NCBI RefSeq assembly: GCF_045037415.1
Contig: NZ_CP173438.1
DNA length: 64,000 bases
Source of the DNA: Escherichia coli
GTDB lineage: Bacteria; Pseudomonadota; Gammaproteobacteria; Enterobacterales; Enterobacteriaceae
Strand: one strand, 5' to 3'
Shown: positions 49,570-59,061 of the stretch, in pieces
Position numbering within the stretch: position 1 is the stretch's first letter
Layout of the letters: each line of letters starts with the position of its first letter
Notes under the pieces: generated by a model
Told to the model about the DNA's origin: nothing
The model's input: only the letters and a program-made list of their open reading frames with translations
The model's database searches: none
Position numbers and translations under genes: made by a program

Positions 49570-51834
49570 CTACCCGTTATCCACTGGCACGCCAAACCAC
49601 TGATGATACCAACGAGGTAAAATTTGCTCTCTGAGGCTGCTAATCCACCAGCCTTGCGCTGAAAAATTGACCGTTATTTGCCCCTGATGTGGAGTATCAA
49701 GCCACTTATAACCCTGTTGATGATAGCGATATTTAACTTTGCTTGAGGGCAGTCGCCATGCGTTATAGCGCGATGCCGATGCGAGTGCCACTTTTCCATT
49801 CACTCGCTGAATTAATGGCAACGATGATGAGGTATTACTGCCATGGTGAGGTACCTGAAGTAATGTTGCCTGCATTTGCTGCCAGTAACGGCTTAGCATC
49901 TTTTGTTCAGCGGGGGCTTCAATATCACCGGTTAGAAGAATGCTATTCGTCCCGTCATCAATCTTAACCACACAGGAATGGTTATTTCCTTTATCGTTGC
50001 TACCTTGTAAAGGCCAGTGCGCGCTGAAACGCAATCCTTGCCATTGCCACGCTTCGCCACGCACACAGGGCTGATGATGTTCCCAGTTTAACGGACTTCG
50101 GATCCATAACATCGGCCATGTGTGCAATATTGAGTCCAGCCCTCCCCGGTGATCCAGATGTTCATGACTCAAAATAACGCCTTCCGGTTCAAGATTATGC
50201 CAGTGGAGCCAGGGGATAATCAGTTGTTGCCCACTATCCCCTTCGGGCCAGGCCAGTCCCGTGTCATAGAGAATCGCTTTGCCGTTTCGCGCAATGACCA
50301 TTGCCAGCCCCTGCCCGACATCAAGTATGTACACTTGCCACTCGTCAGGTCGAGGTTTTTGCCACAGCGGCAAGCACATCAGCAAGCCTACAGCCACACA
50401 CATTGCTGGCAACGTTCGCCAGGCGTTTAATCGCCATACCACCAGTAAGAACCATGGGGAAAATGTTAGCCATTGCCAACGTTCAGCAATGTTGATCCAC
50501 CCTTCCGGCAAACTCTTTAACCCCCAGAAAAGTAAAGCCAAAGACCGGTCGGCAAGAAACCATAACCCTTGTTCCAGAATAAACGGCCCGCTTAAATGCA
50601 CAACCATCGCGGCGAGAATCAACGGAACCGTGATAAATGTCACCAGGGGAATTGCAAAAAGATTTGCAATAAACGAGGTCAGACTAATGCCATGAAATAT
50701 GACAATTTGCACGGGCATAAGCAGGAGGGTGATTCCCAGTTGCAGATGGATGAGGGAAACAACCGCGCGCAATACCGGCGGCAGCTGCCACTCCGGACAG
50801 GGAAACCACTGATACCAAAAAATCAGTGCCGCGACCGCAGCGGCAGAAAGCCATAAACTTTGCGAGAGAATGGCAACAGGATCCATCAGCAAAATTGCCG
50901 CCAGACAACATATCCATACATCCCAGCCACTCCATTGTCGTCCACTTAACTTAAGCATTCCCCAAATGGCAAGCGCCACCACGGTACGCAATGCAGGAGG
51001 TTGCATTCCCGTAAGCCAGGCATAAAAAGCAGCACAGCAGATTCCACCAATTAATGGCATTTGCCAGTGGAGCCAGCACCCAGGCAGAAAAACTTGCCCA
51101 CCGCGAATGAGTCCTGCAGCCAGCAACGCCGCAAAAGCGATGTGCAATCCTGATATCGCCATTAAATGCGCCGTTCCAGTATCACGCATGATATTTTTGA
51201 TTTCTTTGGGGACGGATAACCGTTCCCCCATACCTAATCCAAGAATAACCGCGTTCCACATATAGGGTTGCAGCGTTGTTTGTAGTGACGCCAGATACTG
51301 TGCACGCAGGCTACAATTCGGTTCAATGACACTTGCCTGCAGAAAACGGCCGGTGAGCGGTTGATGCTGGGCAATGGCATAACGCTGGCTATCAAAGCCG
51401 CCATCATTAAGTTGACCATGAACTGCACGAACTTTGAGTTTCATTGACCATACTTGTCCGGCACAAACCGCTTGCGGAAGATATTCGCCATACAGTACGA
51501 GGCCTGGCGCAGGGAATATACGTCGACCTTGTAGATGAGTAATTTGACCGTAATGAGTGGTCATGCCGTCAGTAGCAATGATCTCAACAATTGCATCCTG
51601 CGTCGCGCCAGTTAAGGTTTCTCCTGCCCACAAAATTTGCTTTGCTGCTAATATGCCCCAAACGAAAAACAGCAACGTCAGCGCGATATAACGGACGGTT
51701 TTAACAGGGATAAATGCCAGTACACAGGCGAAGAGAGTCAGAAACGCAAGGGTTACTGTCCCTGGCAATTGGGGCAAAATCAGCAACGGAAAAATTCCGC
51801 AAATTATGCATACGCCGACTGTCGTTATTTTCAT
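49570..51834 (-). CDS. ycaI: ComEC/Rec2-family inner membrane protein YcaI, 754 aa
   Basis: Translation from MKITTVGVCIICGIF; polytopic with C-terminal metallo-beta-lactamase-like region; track ORF extends 10 codons upstream. Confidence 0.85.
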   Translation of the reverse strand: MKITTVGVCIICGIFPLLILPQLPGTVTLAFLTLFACVLAFIPVKTVRYIALTLLFFVWGILAAKQILWAGETLTGATQDAIVEIIATDGMTTHYGQITHLQGRRIFPAPGLVLYGEYLPQAVCAGQVWSMKLKVRAVHGQLNDGGFDSQRYAIAQHQPLTGRFLQASVIEPNCSLRAQYLASLQTTLQPYMWNAVILGLGMGERLSVPKEIKNIMRDTGTAHLMAISGLHIAFAALLAAGLIRGGQVFLPGCWLHWQMPLIGGICCAAFYAWLTGMQPPALRTVVALAIWGMLKLSGRQWSGWDVWICCLAAILLMDPVAILSQSLWLSAAAVAALIFWYQWFPCPEWQLPPVLRAVVSLIHLQLGITLLLMPVQIVIFHGISLTSFIANLFAIPLVTFITVPLILAAMVVHLSGPFILEQGLWFLADRSLALLFWGLKSLPEGWINIAERWQWLTFSPWFLLVVWRLNAWRTLPAMCVAVGLLMCLPLWQKPRPDEWQVYILDVGQGLAMVIARNGKAILYDTGLAWPEGDSGQQLIIPWLHWHNLEPEGVILSHEHLDHRGGLDSILHTWPMLWIRSPLNWEHHQPCVRGEAWQWQGLRFSAHWPLQGSNDKGNNHSCVVKIDDGTNSILLTGDIEAPAEQKMLSRYWQQMQATLLQVPHHGSNTSSSLPLIQRVNGKVALASASRYNAWRLPSSKVKYRYHQQGYKWLDTPHQGQITVNFSAQGWWISSLREQILPRWYHQWFGVPVDNG

Positions 51835-51988
51835 GCACCCTCCCTGTTTATAGAAAGTGTGCAACTTTGTTGAACGGTTGTCTGGTGGGAGTTTTGCGTT
51901 CCCCGAGGCACGTTCAGAAGAATTTAACGATAGGGTGAAAACTGCTCAAAACTCTGCGAGGCAGCTTCCAGTTCCAGATTAGAGAAAT

Positions 51989-52015
51989 GAAAAAAGCACC
52001 CGACAGGTGCTTTTC
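51989..52015 (-). terminator. Rho-independent terminator after ihfB
   Basis: Minus-strand transcript GCACCTGTCGGGTGC followed by a T run. Confidence 0.7.
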
Positions 52016-52039
52016 TCGCGTTCAAGTTTGAGTAAAAAC

Positions 52040-52324
52040 TTAACCGTAAATATTGGCGCGATCGCGCAGTTCTTTACCTGGTTTAAAGTGAGGAACGTAT
52101 TTTCCTTCCAGTTCTACTTTATCGCCAGTCTTCGGATTACGTCCGGTACGTGGTGCGCGGTAGTGCAAAGAGAAACTGCCGAAACCGCGGATTTCAATAC
52201 GCTCGCCCTGCGCAAGAGTCGAGGCCATATGCTCCAGCATCTCTTTTACTGCATCTTCAACCGTCTTGGCGGGAATGTGCGATTGCTGGGTGGCAAGTCT
52301 TTCTATCAATTCTGACTTGGTCAT
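52040..52324 (-). CDS. ihfB: Integration host factor beta subunit, 94 aa
   Basis: [30 protein letters not shown]... recognised as IHF-beta. Confidence 0.95.
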
Positions 52325-52483
52325 GATTCCTCCGGTTCCTTAAAGGCAAATTAAGCGGCTGCTGTTGCTACATTGATTAAGGGCGGCCGTAGCCGCCCTT
52401 AGTGCTTGATTACAGGACGAAACCTGCAATCTGTCAAGTAAACTCAACAAACTTCGGAATAAAAATCCCGAAGAGTCAGAGAA

Positions 52484-54157
52484 TTACTCGCCTTTAGCTG
52501 CTTTGAAAGCTTCAGCCATTGCGTTGTTGGAGAAGTTTGCATCTTCCTGTTTGTTAACAGTTGCGATTGCATCTTTCTCGTCAGCTTCGTCTTTCGCACG
52601 AACAGACAGGCTGATTGCGCGGTTTTTACGATCAACGCCGGTGAATTTAGCTTCAACTTCGTCGCCAACGCTCAGAACCAGGGTAGCGTCTTCAACGCGG
52701 TCACGGGATGCTTCAGAAGCACGCAGGTAACCTTCAACGCCGTCAGCCAGTTCTACGGTTGCGCCTTTAGCGTCAACTGCAGTTACTTTACCGGTTACGA
52801 TAGCGCCTTTCTTGTTCAGAGCAACCCAGTTGTTGAACGGATCTTCTGCGAGCTGTTTAACGCCCAGGGAGATACGTTCACGTTCTGCGTCAACCTGCAG
52901 AACAACTGCAGCGATTTCGTCGCCTTTTTTGTATTCACGAACTGCTTCTTCGCCTGCAACGTTCCAGGAGATGTCAGACAGGTGAACCAGGCCGTCGATG
53001 CCGCCGTCCAGGCCGATGAAGATACCGAAGTCAGTGATAGACTTGATTTTACCTTCAACACGGTCGCCCTTGTTGTGGGTTTCCGCGAACTGCTGCCACG
53101 GGTTAGCTTTGCACTGTTTCAGACCCAGGGAGATACGACGACGTTCTTCGTCGATATCCAGAACCATAACTTCCACTACATCGCCAACGTTAACAACTTT
53201 GGACGGGTGGATGTTTTTGTTGGTCCAATCCATTTCGGAAACGTGTACCAGGCCTTCAACGCCTTCTTCGATTTCAACGAAGCAGCCGTAGTCGGTCAGG
53301 TTGGTCACGCGACCAGTCAGTTTGGTACCTTCCGGATAACGTTTAGCGATAGCTACCCACGGATCTTCGCCCAGCTGTTTCAGGCCCAGGGATACACGGG
53401 TACGTTCGCGGTCGAACTTCAGCACTTTAACAGTGATTTCGTCGCCCACGTTGACGATTTCGCTCGGATGCTTAACGCGTTTCCAGGCCATGTCAGTGAT
53501 GTGCAGCAGGCCGTCAACGCCGCCCAGATCAACGAATGCACCGTAGTCAGTGAGGTTCTTAACGATACCTTTAACTTCCATGCCTTCCTGCAGGTTTTCC
53601 AGCAGCTGATCGCGCTCTGCGCTGTTTTCGGATTCGATAACGGCACGACGAGAAACAACAACGTTGTTGCGCTTCTGATCCAGCTTGATTACTTTGAATT
53701 CAAGCTCTTTGCCTTCCAGGTGCAGAGTGTCACGCACCGGACGAACATCTACCAGAGAACCTGGCAGGAACGCACGAATACCGTTCAGCTCAACAGTGAA
53801 GCCGCCCTTAACTTTGCCGTTGATAACACCGGTAACAGTTTCAGCATCTTCGTAAGCTTTTTCCAGCGTGATCCAGGCTTCGTGACGTTTAGCTTTCTCA
53901 CGGGACAGCAGAGTTTCACCGAAGCCGTCTTCTACTGCGTCCAGAGCAACGTCAACTTCGTCACCTACCTGGATTTCCAGCTCGCCCTGGGCGTTTTTGA
54001 ACTGCTCAGCCGGGATGGCGGACTCAGATTTCAGACCAGCGTCAACCAGTACTACGTCTTTGTCGATAGCAACAACAACGCCACGAACGATAGAACCCGG
54101 GCGGGTTTCGATTTCTTTTAAGGACTCTTCAAAGAGTTGAGCAAAAGATTCAGTCAT
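52484..54157 (-). CDS. rpsA: 30S ribosomal protein S1, 557 aa
   Basis: Six S1 repeats; N-terminus [26 protein letters not shown]. Confidence 0.95.
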
Positions 54158-54267
54158 GTTTAATCTTCAGGTTTATATTTAACGTCCACCTGGCTCCATG
54201 CCGGATGGGGTTGTTTAACATACCCGCTGTCATTCCATTGCAACGGGGGTACTGCAAATTCGGTCGC

Positions 54268-54951
54268 TTATGCGAGAGCCAATTTCTGGCGCGCGTATTG
54301 TAGCGCTTTTTCAATCACTTGCTCAATGCTTAAGGTGGTGGAATCCAACACTAAAGCATCGGCTGCCGGAACCAGTGGCGCTACCGCTCGATTACGATCG
54401 CGGTCGTCACGTTCTTTGATCTCGGCCAAAAGGCGCTCAAAGTTAACACTAAAGCCCTTCTCCTGCAACTGTAGCATGCGGCGATGCGCACGTTCTTCCG
54501 AGGAGGCGTCAAGGAAAATTTTCACTGGCGCATCAGGGAATACCACCGTTCCCATGTCGCGCCCATCGGCAATCAGGCCTGGTAATTCGCGAAACGCGCG
54601 TTGGCGACGCAATAATGCTTCACGAACGCGTGGGAATGCCGCGACTTGTGAAGCAGCATTCGCCACCTCCTGAGTACGAATTTCGCCGCTGACATCTTCC
54701 CCTTCGAGGATCACTTCCAGATTGCCGTTGGTTGACACAAAACGTACATCCAGATGGGATGCCAGCGGCACCAGCGCATCTTCCGATGCAACATCAACAT
54801 GGTGATGTAATGCCGCTAGTGCCAGTACGCGATAAATTGCACCCGAATCCAGCAGATGCCATTGCAACGCTTCCGCCATAGCCTTACACAAGGTGCCTTT
54901 CCCTGCACCGCTTGGGCCATCAATGGTAATAACCGGGGCAATTGCCGTCAT
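54268..54951 (-). CDS. cmk: Cytidylate kinase, 227 aa
   Basis: P-loop GPSGAGKGT; synteny upstream of rpsA. Confidence 0.95.
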
Positions 54952-55123
54952 CTTTATCTCCTTAAAACAGGCGTACCGTTAACATAACCGCGCGCATTAT
55001 ACGCGCCGACGCCACAAATCGTTAACGTTGTGTGCAAAAACCAGTTTTGTCTGTATTCAGATGGGGATTTATTGCGCAATTATAGCGGGCTGGCAGAAGA
55101 CCAGCCCGAAAGATGACAATGAT

Positions 55124-55886
55124 TTACTTACCAGAGGCGATACGATCACGGATGTGTTGCGCACGCTCTGTTGATGGTGGGTGAGAATCAAACATGGACT
55201 GGGTGTGACCGCCATCCAGGCTAGCGAGTTTTTCAAAGCTACCAACCAGCCCCTGGGTACTGATGCCACGTTTCTTCAACAGATCAAAGGAGAAATCATC
55301 TGCTTCTGACTCTTTATCACGGGAGTATTTAGCATTGATAGCGCCTTCTGCGATATCACCCAATTGTGAGCGGGAAAGCTGGGAAGCCACACCGCTGGTA
55401 GCTGAAATGGCATCGCGTGCGGCCACGATCGCATAAGAAGCTTTCATTTCAGCCAGCGAGTGACCCAACGCGACGTGGCCCAGTTCATGGCCCAGAACGC
55501 CTTCAATTTCGTTGTCGTTCATCATGTCCATCAGGCCACTGTAGACACGAACACAACCGTTCGCCATCGCCCATGCGTTGACGTCGCTGGTCATATAAAC
55601 CTTATAGTTGACTGGCGTGCCATTAATATTGTTACCCAATGCTTTGGCGATTTTTGCCAGACGTTTCCCGTACTTGCTGGATTTGCTTGCCACTTTATTG
55701 CCGCTGTCCATTTCGACACAGCCCTGATTGGCGATTGCTTTAGCATCAGCATCGCTTAATGTTGCGGCTTTATAAGCATTCAGACCTGAGCTGATAGCCA
55801 AATCGGTATTAATACCGTGCGTATTCTGACATCCTGTCAGTAAGGCTGCAGAGGTCGCAATCGCCAGCAATAATTTAGTATTCTTC
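55124..55886 (-). pseudogene. ycaL: Zn-metalloprotease lipoprotein YcaL: coding body intact but native ATG start and RBS displaced at the prophage junction
   Basis: In-frame codons for KNTKLLLAIATSAALLTGC (lipobox) and HELGH zinc motif are present, but the codon where Met1 is expected reads CAG, an in-frame TAA lies 16 codons upstream, and the first usable start is a TTG at codon 7 with no SD. Confidence 0.55.
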
Positions 55887-55961
<75 letters not shown>

Positions 55962-55962
55962 T

Positions 55963-56040
<78 letters not shown>

Positions 56041-56049
56041 TTGCAGATA

Positions 56050-56439
56050 TTACTCTTTTTTCTCCGTATCTGCATCGGGTTCATCAGCAAATAGCTTGCC
56101 CTGCATCCGATCCAGTTCTTCTTTTCTTACCCGCTTAACCACGCTGTAGACCCACTGAAGCGAAACACCAAATTTGCGGGCCAGTTCGTGGTGGTTGCGT
56201 CCGTTAAACTCCCTGAAGATTTCCCGGTCGCGCTGACTGACCTTCCATACCATGCCCATCGGGAAATAAACGTTTTGCCCGCCCCAGACCTGCATCATTC
56301 GGTTCGCGACGGCCTGACCAATCTGGTCGGCAACTTCGGGCTCAATATCAATAATCTCGCGAACGGTCTCAGAGGTATGCTGTGCCAGTTCCACCAGGAG
56401 TTCCGGCCCCTTACTTCGAAACTGATTCAGGTCGCTCAT
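56050..56439 (-). CDS. mor: Mor/C-family transcriptional activator (Mu middle-operon regulator homologue), 129 aa
   Basis: Same length as Mu Mor; motifs GGQNVYFP and REFNGRNHHELARKFGVSLQWVYSVVKRVR parallel the Mor HTH region as recalled. Confidence 0.75.
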   Translation of the reverse strand: MSDLNQFRSKGPELLVELAQHTSETVREIIDIEPEVADQIGQAVANRMMQVWGGQNVYFPMGMVWKVSQRDREIFREFNGRNHHELARKFGVSLQWVYSVVKRVRKEELDRMQGKLFADEPDADTEKKE

Positions 56440-56860
56440 GTTTGACTCCCGCAGCTCTGCGCTGCCACTTCTTCAGTTTCTCAATAACACTGCTTGCCTG
56501 TTCAGTACTGAGCCAGCGCAGGGCGCTGATGCCCGTTTCCCGCTTGATCCACCTCGCTAATGCATTTTCTGAACGGTCACGAACAATGCCGGCAGCAGCC
56601 ATTTCAAGCCATAGCGCACGAATTTTCCTGGACTGCGGATGGTTATCAAGCGGTAAACCGGAGCTGGCTTTTCTGGCTGGTTTAACGCGAAAGCCTTTCT
56701 TTTTCATGGATTCCAGCACGCAGTTTAGTTGTGTGGTATCCATTCCTTTGGTTGAGGCTTTACCGGTCAGCCCCTGTAACATCTGGCGGTAGGTGTCTTC
56801 ATCCATACCCAGTTCATTACGGGCAATATGGATAAGCTGTATCAGGCGTTTTTTCTGCAT
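56411..56860 (-). CDS. GemA-like protein (Mu gp16 / DUF1018 family), 149 aa
   Basis: N-terminal LIQLIHIARNELGMDEDTYRQMLQGLTGKASTKGM resembles Mu GemA/gp16 as recalled; sits immediately upstream of mor as in Mu. Confidence 0.55.
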   Translation of the reverse strand: MQKKRLIQLIHIARNELGMDEDTYRQMLQGLTGKASTKGMDTTQLNCVLESMKKKGFRVKPARKASSGLPLDNHPQSRKIRALWLEMAAAGIVRDRSENALARWIKRETGISALRWLSTEQASSVIEKLKKWQRRAAGVKHERPESVSK

Positions 56861-56861
56861 A

Positions 56862-57068
56862 TCATCTCCTTTTTTTCAGTCTGTCGGCAACAATGTCGGT
56901 TGCAGCTGGCAGGGTGACTGGCCAGAACAACATGACGGCGGTCATGTACAGGATGTAATGCGCGGTGTCGTAGTGCCTGCCATAGCCCAGGGAACGATGA
57001 AGTCTTGCGCTGCATGATCCTGCGTACATATACCAGAAAAGAAAACAGACAATGGTTTCAGTAGTCAT
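56862..57068 (-). CDS. Small hydrophobic protein, about 68 aa (start at internal Met of track ORF 56862..57224)
   Basis: MTTETIVCFLFWYMYAGSCSA... predicted TM segments; packed between neighbouring genes. Confidence 0.3.
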   Translation of the reverse strand: MTTETIVCFLFWYMYAGSCSARLHRSLGYGRHYDTAHYILYMTAVMLFWPVTLPAATDIVADRLKKRR

Positions 57069-57288
57069 TCTGAATACCTCCCCATTCGATATGAATATTA
57101 CGGGCAGCAATGACAGGGTCGTTATTCCACCATGCACCTGACATGTATTTTTCAACCTGTTCGCGTCCGGCAATAACACCAATTGTGATCCCCGGCCTGA
57201 CGTTCTTAAAAAAGGCGCGGGCAAAAAGGTATCTGGCAGATATTCGGCAGGCTTTTAATTTCCGGCTTTTACCTGATAGCGTAATCAT
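57058..57288 (-). CDS. Hypothetical phage protein, 76 aa
   Basis: Start overlaps the stop of the upstream gene (coupled arrangement); no recognisable motif. Confidence 0.35.
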   Translation of the reverse strand: MITLSGKSRKLKACRISARYLFARAFFKNVRPGITIGVIAGREQVEKYMSGAWWNNDPVIAARNIHIEWGGIQNDY

Positions 57289-57968
57289 CTGGCCTCCAGT
57301 TTCTGTTGTTCCTGCCCACTGACCGGGCGGTGCAGTCTGACGTTCTGCCCTTCACGAAACCCCGCATAGCGCGAGGCGTCGCCATTGCGGCTTCTTCCCG
57401 GTTTACGCGCCCTGGTGGTTTGCGTCTGCGGGTATTTATGTTCCAGCCACTGCTGCATCAGTTCACGCTCATCATCGGTCAGGGCAAAGGACTGTATTTC
57501 ACTGATAACGGCCAGCACCCAGCCTTCGGCAAACTGGTCTCCACGGCTGGTGCGGGTGGCGGTTTTTATTCTTTTGTTCTGTGCACTGATATACTGCTGA
57601 CGCGCCTTTTTCAGCTGACGGGCCAGCACTTCCCAGGTGTATGCAGCCAGTGCCGCACGTTCCCGGTTGCCGTAGAACCCCACAGACGGATGCGTGCCGG
57701 GGTGAATGATGGAGTTAACACCAAATACCTCGCGGATGATGTTCATCAGGCCCAGCATGTAGCGCGGTGGACGGAGACTGCCTGTCGGCCAGTAGTGACT
57801 GATGGTTTCATCAATATCACTCATAGCAATGTCGGAATGTGTGATGCCGTGAACATCCATCAGTTTACGGGCTCGGCGCAGTGCCAGAGCGGCCTCGTGC
57901 GGGTTGCCGGATGCGGCCAGCGCCAGCAACTTTTTCAGTTTCTCAATGTGTTTATTCTGGTCTGTCAT
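57285..57968 (-). CDS. Hypothetical phage protein with DUF2786-like N-terminal motif, about 227 aa
   Basis: KHIEKLKKLLALAASGNPHEAALALRRARKLMDVHGI motif; start placed at the second Met to avoid a 40-nt overlap (track ORF 57285..58004). Confidence 0.45.
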   Translation of the reverse strand: MTDQNKHIEKLKKLLALAASGNPHEAALALRRARKLMDVHGITHSDIAMSDIDETISHYWPTGSLRPPRYMLGLMNIIREVFGVNSIIHPGTHPSVGFYGNRERAALAAYTWEVLARQLKKARQQYISAQNKRIKTATRTSRGDQFAEGWVLAVISEIQSFALTDDERELMQQWLEHKYPQTQTTRARKPGRSRNGDASRYAGFREGQNVRLHRPVSGQEQQKLEAR

Positions 57969-58180
57969 TGTTCTGTATCTCCGGTATTTTTCTGCCGTTT
58001 CCATGCCCGGACAGCGTCGGACAGCTCTTTCAGGCTGTATGCTGCTTTAAGCTTTTCCCATAACCACTGTGTTGTTATGTGCATCAGCAGGGCAGCCAGG
58101 GCTGCCCCCGCACTGAGGCATGTCGCCAGGCCAGTAAGAATCAGTGTCCATGCGGTGATTTCCCTGAGTATGTCAGCCAT
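57965..58180 (-). CDS. Small membrane protein, 71 aa
   Basis: Single predicted TM helix (WTLILTGLATCLSAGAALAALLM) followed by a charged tail. Confidence 0.4.
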   Translation of the reverse strand: MADILREITAWTLILTGLATCLSAGAALAALLMHITTQWLWEKLKAAYSLKELSDAVRAWKRQKNTGDTEQ

Positions 58181-58194
58181 TGAATGCCTCCCGG

Positions 58195-58491
58195 TTACTC
58201 GTTCGTGTAAATCACGCCCAGTCGTGCAGCCAGACGTTCCAGTTTTTTCTGTTTGTGGAAGTCAATCAGCCGGTCCATCCCCTGAAGGCGCAGTTGCTCT
58301 GTCATGATTTCCACGTCTGCCAGCTCTGCCGCGAGGTCACTTTCGCTGCCCTGTCCGTTCAGGTTGCGGGCGGCACTGGCCGCCAGTTCAGCGGCCTCTT
58401 CTGCCAGTTTCAGGGCCTGTGCGTCCGGCCCGAAACGCTGCAGGGCCAGACGGTAGAGGGCGGTGCGGGTGAGTTCGGTGTTTCGTGTCAT
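58195..58491 (-). CDS. MazG-like nucleotide pyrophosphohydrolase-domain protein, 98 aa
   Basis: EEAAELAA...AAELADVEIM pattern typical of the small all-alpha MazG/HisE fold. Confidence 0.5.
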   Translation of the reverse strand: MTRNTELTRTALYRLALQRFGPDAQALKLAEEAAELAASAARNLNGQGSESDLAAELADVEIMTEQLRLQGMDRLIDFHKQKKLERLAARLGVIYTNE

Positions 58492-58500
58492 GCCGCGCCC

Positions 58501-58773
58501 TCAGTGCTTCCGGCTGACGGTGATGTGCAGGCCGCCTTCTGCAGTGGTTTCCATCCGGTACGGCACCTCATGCTCTGCCGTGTGGGTGAGTGTGTTCATC
58601 AGTACCTGCAGGGCAGCCTCCTTTCCGTTGGTCGCCACAATGGCCTGTGTGGCCATGCTGATTAGCGCCGTCAGGACGTGCTTCACATCGGTGAGGTCGC
58701 GGCATTCACACTCGTTGACATAGTGTTCAACAAGGGTTCGGGTGCGCTGTCGTGCTTCCTGTGGGGTAATCAT
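58501..58773 (-). CDS. Hypothetical phage protein, 90 aa
   Basis: ORF in operon context, coupled to the downstream gene; no motif recognised. Confidence 0.4.
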   Translation of the reverse strand: MITPQEARQRTRTLVEHYVNECECRDLTDVKHVLTALISMATQAIVATNGKEAALQVLMNTLTHTAEHEVPYRMETTAEGGLHITVSRKH

Positions 58774-58964
58774 TGCGAGTCCTCCCTGTCAGGGCGGGAG
58801 AATTCCATGACGGGCACGTCTGCCGAAAAATGCTGGCTGCAGTACGGGCAGACCAGGGTGACGCGTACCGCAGGGATGTGGTATTTACCGGACATCACGG
58901 CGATGGCGCTGTGAAAACGCAGGGCTGTTATATCCCTCTCGCACTGAATACATTTAAATATCAT
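58770..58964 (-). CDS. Small zinc-ribbon protein, 64 aa
   Basis: CxxC (CIQC) ... CxxC (CPYC) pairs. Confidence 0.45.
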   Translation of the reverse strand: MIFKCIQCERDITALRFHSAIAVMSGKYHIPAVRVTLVCPYCSQHFSADVPVMEFSRPDREDSQ

Positions 58965-59061
58965 GATTTAATTCTCCTCTGTTTCCGGCGTGCAGAAGCC
59001 CGCGGCGCTGACGTCGGAATAAAAAAGAAAATGTTTTTATTAAATAATTAACGTGGTGTGT

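Noticed and set aside
52982-54121. 379-aa plus-strand ORF
   Set aside because: Antisense to rpsA, which is unambiguous; Phe/Asn-rich artefactual product.
57306-58307. 333-aa plus-strand ORF (also 58180..58665 and 60015..60767) within the prophage
   Set aside because: They run antisense to a tightly packed, translationally coupled minus-strand operon whose products have recognisable motifs; the products are low-complexity and Arg/Cys-rich, typical of shadow ORFs in GC-richer DNA.
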